DNA of 64,000 nucleotides from positions 35,323 through 99,322 of the forward strand of contig DHVU01000009.1 in NCBI GenBank assembly GCA_002412825.1, given 5' to 3'. The position numbers and the translations under genes were made by a program. Shown here piece after piece: positions 44,035 to 53,666 of the stretch (positions are counted from its first letter, which is position 1; each line of letters opens with the position of its first letter). Below the pieces are notes generated by a model. It ran no database searches and was not told the origin of the DNA. It saw nothing but the letters and a program-made list of their open reading frames with translations. Source of the DNA: Spirochaetaceae bacterium UBA5200 (lineage in GTDB: Bacteria; Spirochaetota; Spirochaetia; Treponematales; UBA12059).

Positions 44035-44925
44035 GTGGAAGCCATACTGGAATGGGGCGTCGAGCTCGTGCGCGCCATACAAACGATACAGAGCCCCGCG
44101 CTTACCGCGCTAATGAAGGTTCTTACCTTGGCCGGTTCAGAATATTTCTACCTTCTGGTTCTACCGGTGATATTCTGGTGCATAGATGAACGCTTTGCCC
44201 TGCGCTTTGGCCTCCTCATACTCGTGTCGGCCTTTTTAAACAGCTGGCTCAAAATTCTGTTCCGCCAACCCAGACCATACGATCTTGATCCATCCTTAGG
44301 CCTATCGCATGAATCGAGTTACGGTCTGCCATCGGGGCACTCGCAGGGCACGGCCACCTTCTGGGGCCTGCTCGCCCCGAAGCTTAAAAAGCCATGGGGT
44401 ATCGTGCTCGCCATATTCATGCCCCTGCTCATAGGCTTCACGCGCCTCTACCTGGGGGTGCATTTCCCTACCGACCTGTTCGCCGGCTGGCTGCTCGGCT
44501 GGGGCATCGCGCTGGCCTGGTATTTCTTCGGCCATGGCGTGGAAAGCTTCCTGGCCAAGGCGCAGCTGCGGGCTAGGCTCATATTGGCGTCCCTGGCCGC
44601 CATAGCCATGAACGCCCTGCTGCCGCATGATACGAGCCTTTCTGGAGTTTTCTTCGGCACGGCCTTAGGCGCGGCCTTCAACATCGACAAACTCGGCTTC
44701 GACGCAAAACAGGGAAGCCCGATCCTCAAGCTCGCGCGCTTAGGCGTGGGCCTAGCCGGGGTGCTGCTCATTTATTTCGGCGGCAAACTCGTATCGCCCG
44801 GCGAGGAGGATGCGCTCTATTCCCTCATACGCTTCATGCGCTACGGCCTGGTGGGCGCCTGGGTATCGCTGGGCGCTCCCTGGCTCTTCATTAGGCTGCG
44901 GCTGGGTGAGGCTAGAGGCCGTTAA
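44035..44925 (+). CDS. PAP2-family (type 2 phosphatidic acid/undecaprenyl-PP-like) phosphatase, membrane
   Basis: KILFRQPRP, PSGHS and YLGVHFPTD form the tripartite PAP2 motif. GTG start with GAGGGGG RBS. Confidence 0.85.
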   Translation: MEAILEWGVELVRAIQTIQSPALTALMKVLTLAGSEYFYLLVLPVIFWCIDERFALRFGLLILVSAFLNSWLKILFRQPRPYDLDPSLGLSHESSYGLPSGHSQGTATFWGLLAPKLKKPWGIVLAIFMPLLIGFTRLYLGVHFPTDLFAGWLLGWGIALAWYFFGHGVESFLAKAQLRARLILASLAAIAMNALLPHDTSLSGVFFGTALGAAFNIDKLGFDAKQGSPILKLARLGVGLAGVLLIYFGGKLVSPGEEDALYSLIRFMRYGLVGAWVSLGAPWLFIRLRLGEARGR

Positions 44926-44932
44926 CGGCCGG

Positions 44933-45961
44933 TCAATTGGCCAAGGTAAAGCTTGCGTCACTAAGGGTAAAAAGCTTACGGGCGCCTGAGCTCAGGAATA
45001 CGCGTTTATCCTCGTCTATGAATACGGCGTCCACGTGATCCAGCGACTCTATCAGGGCCATACCCCTATCCAGCCCTAAGGCAAAGACCGTGGTAGAAAG
45101 CCCATCGGCGTCTATCGATGACGAGCTTATTATGGTAACCGACACGAGCGTACCCGCCACCGGGTAGCCGGTCGCGCTGTCGAGTATATGGTGGTAATGG
45201 CGGCCGTCATCGCCGGTAAAAAAGCGCTCATAGATGCCGCTCGTAACCACGGTGGCGCTGCCCTCCAGCGCGGCTATGCCGATATAGGAGCCGCGCTCAT
45301 TGAAGGGGTTCTGAACGCCTATCCGCCATTTGCTGCCGTCTTTCTTTCTGCCCACGACCTTTACGTTGCCGCCTAGGTCTATGACCGCGGCCTTTACGCC
45401 CCGCGCCAGCAGTATTCGTCCCACTTCATCGGCGGCATAGCCTTTTGCGATCGCGCCAAGATCCAAGAGCATGCCCTTTTTTGACAGGTATATGGTACCC
45501 GCCTTATCGTCCAGCTCGACGCCCCGATAGCCCACGAGTGGCAGGGCGGCCTCGATTTCCCGCGGCATAGGCACGCGCTCGCCATCCAAGCCTATGTTCC
45601 ACAGCTTCACGACGGGTCCTATGGTGGGGTCGAAGGCTCCGCCCGAAAGCTGCGCGTACCATAGGGCCTTCTCCACCACGAAGCGCAGGTCTTTGGGCGC
45701 CTTCACAGGGGCCATGCCGGCGGAAGCGTTAATCGCCGCCACGACCGTGCCTTCCTTATTCGCGCTCATCACCTCTTCAATGGCTGCGAGCCTGGCAAAG
45801 GCCTCGTCCAGCGCCCGTTCGCTAGCGCCATCCAAAATGCGTATGGAGCATACCGTACCTAGGGCAAGGCCGGCGCGTTCAGCGGAGCCCTTGGCGCACG
45901 CGCTGCTTACGAATACAAGGGCAAGGGCCGCGGCAAGCATATATCGTTGCAGTAGCTTCAT
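44933..45961 (-). CDS. apbE: FAD:protein FMN transferase (ApbE family) lipoprotein
   Basis: Lipobox LVFVSSAC. GAIAKGYAADEV, VIDLGGNV and TSGIYERFF...YHHILDSATGYP motifs. Confidence 0.85.
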   Translation of the reverse strand: MKLLQRYMLAAALALVFVSSACAKGSAERAGLALGTVCSIRILDGASERALDEAFARLAAIEEVMSANKEGTVVAAINASAGMAPVKAPKDLRFVVEKALWYAQLSGGAFDPTIGPVVKLWNIGLDGERVPMPREIEAALPLVGYRGVELDDKAGTIYLSKKGMLLDLGAIAKGYAADEVGRILLARGVKAAVIDLGGNVKVVGRKKDGSKWRIGVQNPFNERGSYIGIAALEGSATVVTSGIYERFFTGDDGRHYHHILDSATGYPVAGTLVSVTIISSSSIDADGLSTTVFALGLDRGMALIESLDHVDAVFIDEDKRVFLSSGARKLFTLSDASFTLAN

Positions 45962-45983
45962 TGTAACTCCTCTAGCGCAGAAC

Positions 45984-46649
45984 TTAGCGGTACAGGCCTT
46001 TTTCACGGCCTATAGTAGTAGGCTCGCCATGGCCCGGCCAAACGCGCAGGGCCTCGGGGAGGATGCAGAGCCTGTCGCGTATCGATGCAATAATATCCGA
46101 CTCATCGGAATCGAAGTTGTCGGTACGCCCCCTGCCCGCGTTAAACAGGGTATCGCCTGATATTAGGGCGCCATCGGCATCGACGAGAAAGCAGGAACTG
46201 CCTGGCGTATGGCCCGGCGTAGTGATAACCTTCATGCCCGTGCCCGGCAGCTCAAAACCGTCGCCGAAGTATTCGTCGGCCTCCGGTATGGGCTGCCAGA
46301 AGTGGTTAAAATAACCCATAGCGTGGATGCCCTTGAATATGCGGCGGTTCCATTCCTCGGCGCGGGCTCCGAAATAAGGCTTATCGCCTTCGGGAGCATA
46401 TACGCGCGGGGCAATACCCCGCGCGCGCAGGAGCTCAAGCAACTCGCCCAGGGCGGCCACATGGTCAAGGTGTCCATGCGTGCAGGCTATATATACGGCG
46501 GCGCTTGCGCTGCGCTCCAGGGCTGCCAGGGCTTCGTTCAGTATGCGCGGGGCTTCCGCTCCCGGGTCGACCACCACGACCGGAGCGCCAGTACGCTCGA
46601 CGATATAGACGTTTTGGCCTATCGGCCCTACACTGAGCTGTCGTATCAT
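45984..46649 (-). CDS. MBL-fold metallo-hydrolase (glyoxalase II-like)
   Basis: CTHGHLDHV metal motif, TPGHTPGS and a terminal WPGHG. Confidence 0.85.
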   Translation of the reverse strand: MIRQLSVGPIGQNVYIVERTGAPVVVVDPGAEAPRILNEALAALERSASAAVYIACTHGHLDHVAALGELLELLRARGIAPRVYAPEGDKPYFGARAEEWNRRIFKGIHAMGYFNHFWQPIPEADEYFGDGFELPGTGMKVITTPGHTPGSSCFLVDADGALISGDTLFNAGRGRTDNFDSDESDIIASIRDRLCILPEALRVWPGHGEPTTIGREKGLYR

Positions 46650-46698
46650 ACGATATCATACTATCGGCCCGCAAAGGCCGTGACAAGCGGAGCGCAAG

Positions 46699-47604
46699 AT
46701 GTTCGCCCCCGTATACGCGGCCTTTATCAGCGCTTTCATCTTTTATGTACTCATACCCGTAATCGGCGCCTTCATCGTACGCGCATCATGGCGCGCGTTT
46801 AGGCGCTCGGTCATATGGTCCGCGAGCCTACCCGGCATAGCCCTATCCTGGGATGCCCTAAACCGGGACGAATGCGCCACCGTGCGCATAGAAGGCGAGC
46901 TCGAGGCGCTCGGCCAAGGCGACGAGCTGTGGTTACGCGCTGACGGCGTCAGCATACGCATGCGCATGGAGGGCGCCGCCGTATACCTAATGAGCGGGCA
47001 TGAATACGCAGGCGGCCAGGGACATACCTTTGGCTCCATAGAACGCATGCGCTGGAAAAACATAAACGCCGTGCAGCCAGGCCAAAAGGTATATGCAGCG
47101 GGAAGGCTGCGCCTAAACGAAGGCCAACTCTACTTAGACGCGGGGGCAGCGCACAGCCTGGTCATGCTGCACGACGGTTCATGCGGCGATACGCCGCTAG
47201 AGGCTATACGCAACGGCAGGCATAGCAATGAATACTGGAACCCCCTTACCCAAGCCTCGTTGGCCATAGGAATATTAGTAAGCGCGGGCCTGGCGTCCAC
47301 CTCACTCAACAGCGGCGCGCCCGCCTTGCTCTCCGCGCTCATTATTAGCGCGGCCTTTTCGCCCCTCTTGCCCCTCCTGCCCCCTGGCCTCCTGGGCTTT
47401 CTGCTCTACCGCTCGTACTGGGAGCGGGCCCGCTACTATCGTTCCCGGAGGGATCTGGCCGACTATAGCGCCCAGGACGGACGCATGGCCCTGGGCTGGA
47501 AGCTGCAGGCGCGGATAGCCACATTAATCAGCGCGGCGGGCTTCCTGGCCGCCCTGGCGCTTAACGCCTGGCTTAGCGTGGCCCTGCTGCGGTCAGTTCT
47601 GTGA
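46699..47604 (+). CDS. Hypothetical membrane protein
   Basis: N-terminal TM, soluble middle and three C-terminal TM segments. No family recognised. Confidence 0.5.
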   Translation: MFAPVYAAFISAFIFYVLIPVIGAFIVRASWRAFRRSVIWSASLPGIALSWDALNRDECATVRIEGELEALGQGDELWLRADGVSIRMRMEGAAVYLMSGHEYAGGQGHTFGSIERMRWKNINAVQPGQKVYAAGRLRLNEGQLYLDAGAAHSLVMLHDGSCGDTPLEAIRNGRHSNEYWNPLTQASLAIGILVSAGLASTSLNSGAPALLSALIISAAFSPLLPLLPPGLLGFLLYRSYWERARYYRSRRDLADYSAQDGRMALGWKLQARIATLISAAGFLAALALNAWLSVALLRSVL

Positions 47605-47868
47605 CAAGCTCCTAGCCTAATTATTGTTCGTCGTGTTCGGAGTCAACGATGGCTTGCCCAGCGGCGAGCTCGGCCCCAGCGACCTGCGGCGACGCGCGCT
47701 AGCGCGTTGTATATACGTCCTATGATTACGGCTGTTTAGCTCTCAGACAGAGCTTCTTTTGATGCCACAGGCAACTCCTCTACTATAGATCACGCTCATT
47801 GAAGCAAAAGCGGCGGCTTTTCTCAAGCATGGAGCACGAAGGAATGCATTTTGGCCTGATGTCGAGGC

Positions 47869-47897
47869 TTGAAGCCGCGCCGCGCCTCCGATACAGT
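47869..47897 (+). promoter_or_regulatory. Candidate sigma-70 promoter placed for a leaderless transcript
   Basis: TTGAAG-17 bp-TACAGT. The -10 ends 7 nt before ATG 47905, and there is no Shine-Dalgarno sequence. Confidence 0.3.
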
Positions 47898-47904
47898 ATA
47901 GCTG

Positions 47905-48366
47905 ATGAAACGTAGCCTAGTATTCCTTGCATTATTCGTCGGCCTCGCTGCCTTTGCGCAAGAAAGCGCAAGCCCCCGCCTGCCGGCTGATCCCGCTCAA
48001 ATACTCGGCTTCAGCCCCGCCCAACTCATAGCCAGCTACGGCCCGCCTACGCGAGTCTTCGCGCTGCGCGGCGCCGAGCCCTGGCAGGATGACGTGGTCT
48101 TCGACTACCTAAGCTTCAGCGCCTTTATTTTTATGGACCGGGTATGGCAGTTACGCATAGCCGCAGACTATCCCGAGCCCATACTGGGCTTTCATCCCTC
48201 GGCTTCTCTTGAGCGCATAGAGGCTAGCCTTGGCCTGCCCGCGACCCGAGAACCAGGCAATTACGAATGGGCGCTGCCGGGCAGGGGTTGGCCGGTGCGG
48301 CTCAGGGCGGTACATGATGAACACGGCGCCGTGCGGGAATTGTACCTGTACCGCGCGGACTTTTGA
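47905..48366 (+). CDS. Hypothetical secreted protein
   Basis: Signal peptide MKRSLVFLALFVGLAAFAQ. No family recognised. Confidence 0.6.
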   Translation: MKRSLVFLALFVGLAAFAQESASPRLPADPAQILGFSPAQLIASYGPPTRVFALRGAEPWQDDVVFDYLSFSAFIFMDRVWQLRIAADYPEPILGFHPSASLERIEASLGLPATREPGNYEWALPGRGWPVRLRAVHDEHGAVRELYLYRADF

Positions 48367-48437
48367 CGGGCAAGCGCCATGACGATCCGTATTGATGTGC
48401 GGCTTTGGGCTTGTTCGCTACCCTACGAGGGGGATTA

Positions 48438-49946
48438 ATGTCCATGTCCAAGCTCTGCCTGTGCCTGACGGGCTCGACGATTGAGCAGAACCTCGCCGCG
48501 CTCGACCGCTACCGCGGCCTTGTGGACCTTGCCGAACTCAGGGTGGATTTCCTCTTGCCCCAGGAACGTTTCAGGATACGGGATTTCCCCGAAAAGGCTG
48601 GCATACCGACCATACTTACCGTGCGCCGCAAGCAGGACGGGGGCCGTTTCGAACAGGGCGAGGGCGTACGCTTAGTCATCATAGCCAAAGGCCTATCCTT
48701 CGCCGACCCTGACCGCCATAAGAATTTCGCCTATGTAGACCTTGAGCAGGACTTTCAGATACCGGCCATACAGGAAGCGGCGCGCATCTTCGGCACCAAG
48801 ATAATACGTTCGCTGCATTGCATGAACGGCATGCCCGCGGACCTTGAGAAGACCTGGGCGTCGCTCTCCGCGTCGCCCTACGAAATTCCCAAGCTATCCG
48901 TGGCGACAAGAAGCATACAGGACAGCGAGCGGCTCTTCCGCTTCTTCGGCCCCATGAGCCGGGACCGCGACCGTATCGTGTCAGGCATGGGCGAGTACGG
49001 CTTCTGCACGCGGGTACTGGCCGATCGTACCGGCAGCCTGCTCGGCTACGTAAGCGCAGTAGGCGCAAAACTCGAGGCATCAGCGTCGGGCCAGATGGAT
49101 CCTGACGCTATGCGCAGCGTATACCGCATAGGCGAAGCCAAGCCCAACTGGGCCATATACGGCATACTCGGCGGGGCCGCGGTGCTCGGTTCCCTCTCGC
49201 CCACCATACACAACGCCGGCTTCAGGGCTGCCGGACTCAAGGCCCTCTACCTGCCCTTCCCCGCGGATGACCTGGAATCCTTTATGCGCCTTACCGAACT
49301 GCTCGACGTAAGGGGCTTCTCCATAACCGTTCCGTTCAAAGAAAAGATCCTGCCGCGCCTATCCTGGCGCTCGCCGGAAATTAAGGCCATAGGGGCCTGC
49401 AACACGGCCGTGCGCACCGCGGACGGCTGGGCCGGCTACAATACCGACGCCATAGGCTTCCGTAAGGCCGTGCTGCAGTTCATGGGCGCAAAGGATCTGG
49501 CCGGCGTAAAGGTATGCATCGTAGGGGCGGGCGGCGCTGCCCGCTCCGTGGCCTATATGCTCAATGAATTAGGCGCCTCCGCCTGCGTGATCAACCGCAG
49601 CATACCCAAGGCTAAGCGCCTGGCGGAAACCTATGGCCTACCCTGGTCGGGCATGACCGAACGCGCCGTGGATCTGCTTGAGCATTATAATGACCTGATC
49701 GTGCAGACGACCAGCGTAGGCATGGAGGGCGGCCCTCCGGGCGATCCGTTGGAGTGGTATCAATTCAGCGGCAAGGAAGCCCTCTTCGAGACCATTTATA
49801 ATCCGCCGGAGACCGCGCTCATGAAGCGCGCTCGAGAGGCCGGCTGCAGGACCACGAACGGCCGCTCTATGCTGCTGGCCCAGGCCGCGGCGCAATTCTC
49901 GCTCTTTACCGGCCGGGACTATCCCGAGCTTCCGGAGCAATTTTAA
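48438..49946 (+). CDS. Bifunctional 3-dehydroquinate dehydratase (type I) / shikimate 5-dehydrogenase
   Basis: N-terminal half LCLCLTGSTIEQNL...DLAELRVDFL is AroD-like. C-terminal half YGILGGAAVLGSLSPTIHNAGF...SITVPFKEKI...CNTAV...YNTDAIGF...VGAGGAARSV is AroE-like. ATG 48438 follows GAGGGGG. Confidence 0.85.
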   Translation: MSMSKLCLCLTGSTIEQNLAALDRYRGLVDLAELRVDFLLPQERFRIRDFPEKAGIPTILTVRRKQDGGRFEQGEGVRLVIIAKGLSFADPDRHKNFAYVDLEQDFQIPAIQEAARIFGTKIIRSLHCMNGMPADLEKTWASLSASPYEIPKLSVATRSIQDSERLFRFFGPMSRDRDRIVSGMGEYGFCTRVLADRTGSLLGYVSAVGAKLEASASGQMDPDAMRSVYRIGEAKPNWAIYGILGGAAVLGSLSPTIHNAGFRAAGLKALYLPFPADDLESFMRLTELLDVRGFSITVPFKEKILPRLSWRSPEIKAIGACNTAVRTADGWAGYNTDAIGFRKAVLQFMGAKDLAGVKVCIVGAGGAARSVAYMLNELGASACVINRSIPKAKRLAETYGLPWSGMTERAVDLLEHYNDLIVQTTSVGMEGGPPGDPLEWYQFSGKEALFETIYNPPETALMKRAREAGCRTTNGRSMLLAQAAAQFSLFTGRDYPELPEQF

Positions 49947-50009
49947 CGGGAGAGGCCTCGGGCCTTTTCAGTACGGCGCATTAAGCGCCGTAGAAAGCGA
50001 TAATGAACT

Positions 50010-50894
50010 ATGGAACAAGCGCATACATCGGCCTTCGTGGCCGTCGTGGGCCGGCCGAGCGCCGGAAAGTCCACGCTCATGAACACCATTTGCGGCGAGA
50101 AGGTGGCCATCGTGTCGCCGGTACCGCAGACTACCCGCAATACCGTGCGCGGCATACTCACGCGCCCTGATTGCCAGCTCGTGTTCCTGGACACGCCGGG
50201 CCTGCACGACTCGGACAAGGCCATGAACAAGCGCCTCAAGGACGTGGCGGTCAAGAACCTCGACGAGGCCGATATGGTGCTTTACGTCATCGACAGTACC
50301 AGGGCGCCAGGAGCGGAGGAAGAAGCCATAGCATCCCTACTCGTGCGCTTCGCCGAAAAGACCTTCGCCGCGGTAAACAAGATAGACGCTCGTGAATCGG
50401 ACGTAAGCAAAGCTCGACTCTTCCTTATGGAAAAGCTGCCCGGGCTTAAGACCTTCGACATATCGGCGGAGAAAGGCACCGGCGTCGACGCTCTGGTGGC
50501 CGCGCTGTCCCTGGCCGCGCCCGTTGGCCCCGCCTATTACCCGGATGATTTCTATACCGACCAGGAACCCGTGTTCCGCATAGCGGAAATCGTGCGCGAG
50601 AAGGTTTTCCTGCATACCCGCGACGAGCTGCCCCACGCGGTGTACGTGGACTACGTAAGCCACCACATGCTCGACGACGGCACCCTGGTATACGAAGGCA
50701 TACTGGTGGTGGAGCGCGAGAGCCAGAAGGGCATAGTCATAGGCAAGGGCGGCGCCATGATACAGCAGCTGCGCGAAGAGGCCGAGAAAGACCTCAACGA
50801 CATCTTCCCCTATCCCGTGCGCCTTTCGCTCAAGGTAAAGGTCGATCCGCACTGGAAGCGCGACGAAAAGCTCTTAAAGCGCCTTATTCAGTAG
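50010..50894 (+). CDS. era: GTPase Era
   Basis: G1 GRPSAGKST, G3 DTPG and NKID motifs. C-terminal KH domain VVERESQKGIVIGKGGAMI. Confidence 0.95.
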   Translation: MEQAHTSAFVAVVGRPSAGKSTLMNTICGEKVAIVSPVPQTTRNTVRGILTRPDCQLVFLDTPGLHDSDKAMNKRLKDVAVKNLDEADMVLYVIDSTRAPGAEEEAIASLLVRFAEKTFAAVNKIDARESDVSKARLFLMEKLPGLKTFDISAEKGTGVDALVAALSLAAPVGPAYYPDDFYTDQEPVFRIAEIVREKVFLHTRDELPHAVYVDYVSHHMLDDGTLVYEGILVVERESQKGIVIGKGGAMIQQLREEAEKDLNDIFPYPVRLSLKVKVDPHWKRDEKLLKRLIQ

Positions 50895-50908
50895 ATGCCC
50901 ATGGGGCT

Positions 50909-51484
50909 TTATGCAAGCGCGTTGAATTTCTGATATTTCGCGAAGGCCGCGTCGAAGCCCTCTGTCAGGCAGAGGCTCAGCGCCGTATCGGCGCGGGGGA
51001 ACACCGAGCACTCCAGCTTCTCGCGCTCCTCGCGGCTGAAGTCAGACAGCACGTAGCCTGCCACGTCGTCGTGGCTAGGCCGGCCTATGCCGAAGCGCAG
51101 GCGCAGGTAATCGGGCGTGCCCAGGCGCTCCTTCATGGAACGCAGCCCATTATGGCCGCCTAGGCCCCCGCCCTTCTTAAAGCCGAAGTAGCCAAGGCCC
51201 AGCTCAAGTTCGTCGTGCACGACGAGTATTTCTTCAGGCTCTATCTTATAGAAGCGGGCCAACTCCGCCGCGCTGTCGCCGGACAGGTTCATATAGGTCT
51301 CGGGGCAGAGGAGCCATACCCTGCCCGCGGGGCTTTCCATGGCGGCCCAGCGCCCCTTGAAGCCGCGCTGCCAGGACAGGCCGGCATAGAGGCTTAAGGA
51401 CTCGAGGAATTGCCAGGCAACGTTATGCCTATTGCCGCGATATTCACGGCCGTAATTGCCTAAAAACGCATAAAGCTTTACCAT
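50909..51484 (-). CDS. pth: Peptidyl-tRNA hydrolase
   Basis: MVKLYAFLGNYGREYRGNRHNVAWQF...YMNLSG...VVHDELEL...GGHNGLRS. Confidence 0.92.
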   Translation of the reverse strand: MVKLYAFLGNYGREYRGNRHNVAWQFLESLSLYAGLSWQRGFKGRWAAMESPAGRVWLLCPETYMNLSGDSAAELARFYKIEPEEILVVHDELELGLGYFGFKKGGGLGGHNGLRSMKERLGTPDYLRLRFGIGRPSHDDVAGYVLSDFSREEREKLECSVFPRADTALSLCLTEGFDAAFAKYQKFNALA

Positions 51485-51558
51485 CGTTCCGACTATACTA
51501 GCGTCGGCCGCCCAAAGCGGCAAGGAGTACCCATGCCCCTACGCCTTTTGAGGAAGGT

Positions 51559-53214
51559 ATGAGCGATACCGTTTACGTTCTTGGCCACAAGAACCCTGAT
51601 ACCGACTCGGTCGTAGCGGCCACCGCCTACGCCCACCTTAAGCGCGAGCTCGGGCTCAAGAACTGCATAGCCGCGCGCGCGGGCAAGATGAACCCGCAGG
51701 CCGAATACGTATTCGAGCGCTTTGGCGTGCCCTTCCCCGCCTTCCTGCCCGACCTCATACCAAAGGTGGAATACTACCTAGGCGCCAAGCCCCTTACCGT
51801 CGACCGCGGCACGCCTCTATGGGAAGCCTTGTCGCTCATGAACCGTAGCGCCCAGAAAGCCCTTCCAATCGTGGACAGCGACGGCCGCTACCGCTCCATG
51901 CTCCACTACAGCTCCTTTGCGCAGAACATACTCAAGAAGATAAACCCGCACAAGAAAGCGGTCATAGCCACGAGCCTAGGCCGCCTGCAGGCCACCATAA
52001 AGGCCCAGCCGGTGGCGGTATACGAGCCCGAGGAGCAATTCAAGGCCCGTATGCTCGTGGCGGCCCTCGAGATAGACAGCTTTAAGCGCCACCTCGACGC
52101 CGAGGCAAAGGACGCGGCCATAGTCATCGTAGGCGACCGCGTAGACGTGCAGCGCTACGCCATAGAATCCAAGGTACGCGCCCTCATCATCACCAACGGC
52201 GCCCTGCTCGACCGTCCGCTCAAGGACTTGGCGGAGAAGAACCGGGTGTCCGTGCTCATATCGCCCTATGACACCTCGTCGACCAGCCTCTTAGTCATAT
52301 ACTCGACCCCGGTAGAAACGATGGGCGACGACGGCATACGCCCCGTATACAGGCACGAGACGCTCCGCAAGGCGCGCGAAGCCATCATGGAATCGCCCAG
52401 CCGCTCCGTGCCCGTGCTCGATGACGACGGCCGCGTCGTGGGGCTCTTTACGGAAAGCGACCTGATACGCGAACCCAATCTGTCGCTCATACTCGTCGAC
52501 CATAACGAGCTTAGCCAGGCTATAGACGGCGCGGACAACTACCGTATACTGGAGGTCATAGACCACCACCGCCTGGGCTCTTTCAATACCCGCTATCCCA
52601 TCACCTTCATCAACCGCGTCGTGGGTTCCACGAGCACCATAATCGCGGGCATGTATCGCGATGCCCGTATACCCATACCTAAGACCATAGCCGCCTTGCT
52701 CTTGTCGGGCATACTGTCCGATACGCTCATACTCAAGTCGGCTACCACCACCGAGCTTGACCTGGAGGTAGCGGAATACCTGTCCAACTTAAGCGACCTC
52801 GAGATAGACGAGCTGGGCCGCGACATCATGAGCTCGGCGAGCCTCGTAGGCAAAAAGCCGGTACCTGAGATCGTGCGCATGGACATGAAGGAATACAGCG
52901 CCGCCGAATTGACCTTCACCGTGAGCCAGGTAGAGGTAAACACGCCCGAAGAGATATTGGAGCGCGGCGACGAGGTGCTCAAGGAACTCGGGGCGATTTG
53001 CGCCGGGGGCGGGCATTACTTCTCGGCGCTCATGGTAACGGACATTACCGAGCTGTCGAGCGTGCTCTTCGTGGAAGGAGACAAGGAGCTTATAGCCCTG
53101 TTGCGCTACCCGCGGGTTCGCGACCGGGTATTCGAGCTCAAAGACGTGCTCTCGCGCAAAAAGCAGCTCGTGCCGCTCCTTACCGAACTGACGGAAAAGG
53201 CGCAAAGCGAATAG
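51559..53214 (+). CDS. CBS-domain-containing family II (DHH) inorganic pyrophosphatase
   Basis: GHKNPDTDSVVAA, then a CBS pair with a DRTGG-like insert, then LVDHNE, IDHHRLG and a DHHA2 C-terminus. Confidence 0.85.
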   Translation: MSDTVYVLGHKNPDTDSVVAATAYAHLKRELGLKNCIAARAGKMNPQAEYVFERFGVPFPAFLPDLIPKVEYYLGAKPLTVDRGTPLWEALSLMNRSAQKALPIVDSDGRYRSMLHYSSFAQNILKKINPHKKAVIATSLGRLQATIKAQPVAVYEPEEQFKARMLVAALEIDSFKRHLDAEAKDAAIVIVGDRVDVQRYAIESKVRALIITNGALLDRPLKDLAEKNRVSVLISPYDTSSTSLLVIYSTPVETMGDDGIRPVYRHETLRKAREAIMESPSRSVPVLDDDGRVVGLFTESDLIREPNLSLILVDHNELSQAIDGADNYRILEVIDHHRLGSFNTRYPITFINRVVGSTSTIIAGMYRDARIPIPKTIAALLLSGILSDTLILKSATTTELDLEVAEYLSNLSDLEIDELGRDIMSSASLVGKKPVPEIVRMDMKEYSAAELTFTVSQVEVNTPEEILERGDEVLKELGAICAGGGHYFSALMVTDITELSSVLFVEGDKELIALLRYPRVRDRVFELKDVLSRKKQLVPLLTELTEKAQSE

Positions 53215-53222
53215 CGCCTAGC

Positions 53223-53573
53223 CTAGCGGCTGAAGTTTTTTACAAAGCCGTCCTTGGCCAGGTAATTGCTCTGGGCGACAAGGCTTCCGTCGCGGTAGTA
53301 GCGAACGTAGGGCACATTGCGGTTACCCAGGGTATCTTCTTTGAATGCCATAAAGGGTTCAAAGAAGGCCTCACGGTCATACTCTACGAAAAAGACCTCC
53401 GCGCCGGCCTCCTGCGCGCCTTTTTCCAGCCAGGAGCGCATCATGGGCCACTGGGGGCACCAGCTCTGGGTAAGGATTATGGCCACGCGCGCGGCGGCGT
53501 TCCGTATCGCCGCGTCGAATTCGCCGTCTTTCATAGCCTGCCCGCATTGTTCAGCGTTTAATTTCTGTATCAT
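53223..53573 (-). CDS. Thioredoxin-fold protein with monothiol WCPQW site
   Basis: The motif in VAIILTQSWCPQWPMM sits where thioredoxins carry WCGPC. Only one Cys is present there. Confidence 0.6.
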   Translation of the reverse strand: MIQKLNAEQCGQAMKDGEFDAAIRNAAARVAIILTQSWCPQWPMMRSWLEKGAQEAGAEVFFVEYDREAFFEPFMAFKEDTLGNRNVPYVRYYRDGSLVAQSNYLAKDGFVKNFSR

Positions 53574-53666
53574 CGTCGCTACTCCCTCTAAAAGCGCTGC
53601 ATTCAGTATATACTACTATAATAGAAGCGCGCTGCGCGTAATGGCAAAGAGCAGGAAGGATGCGGC

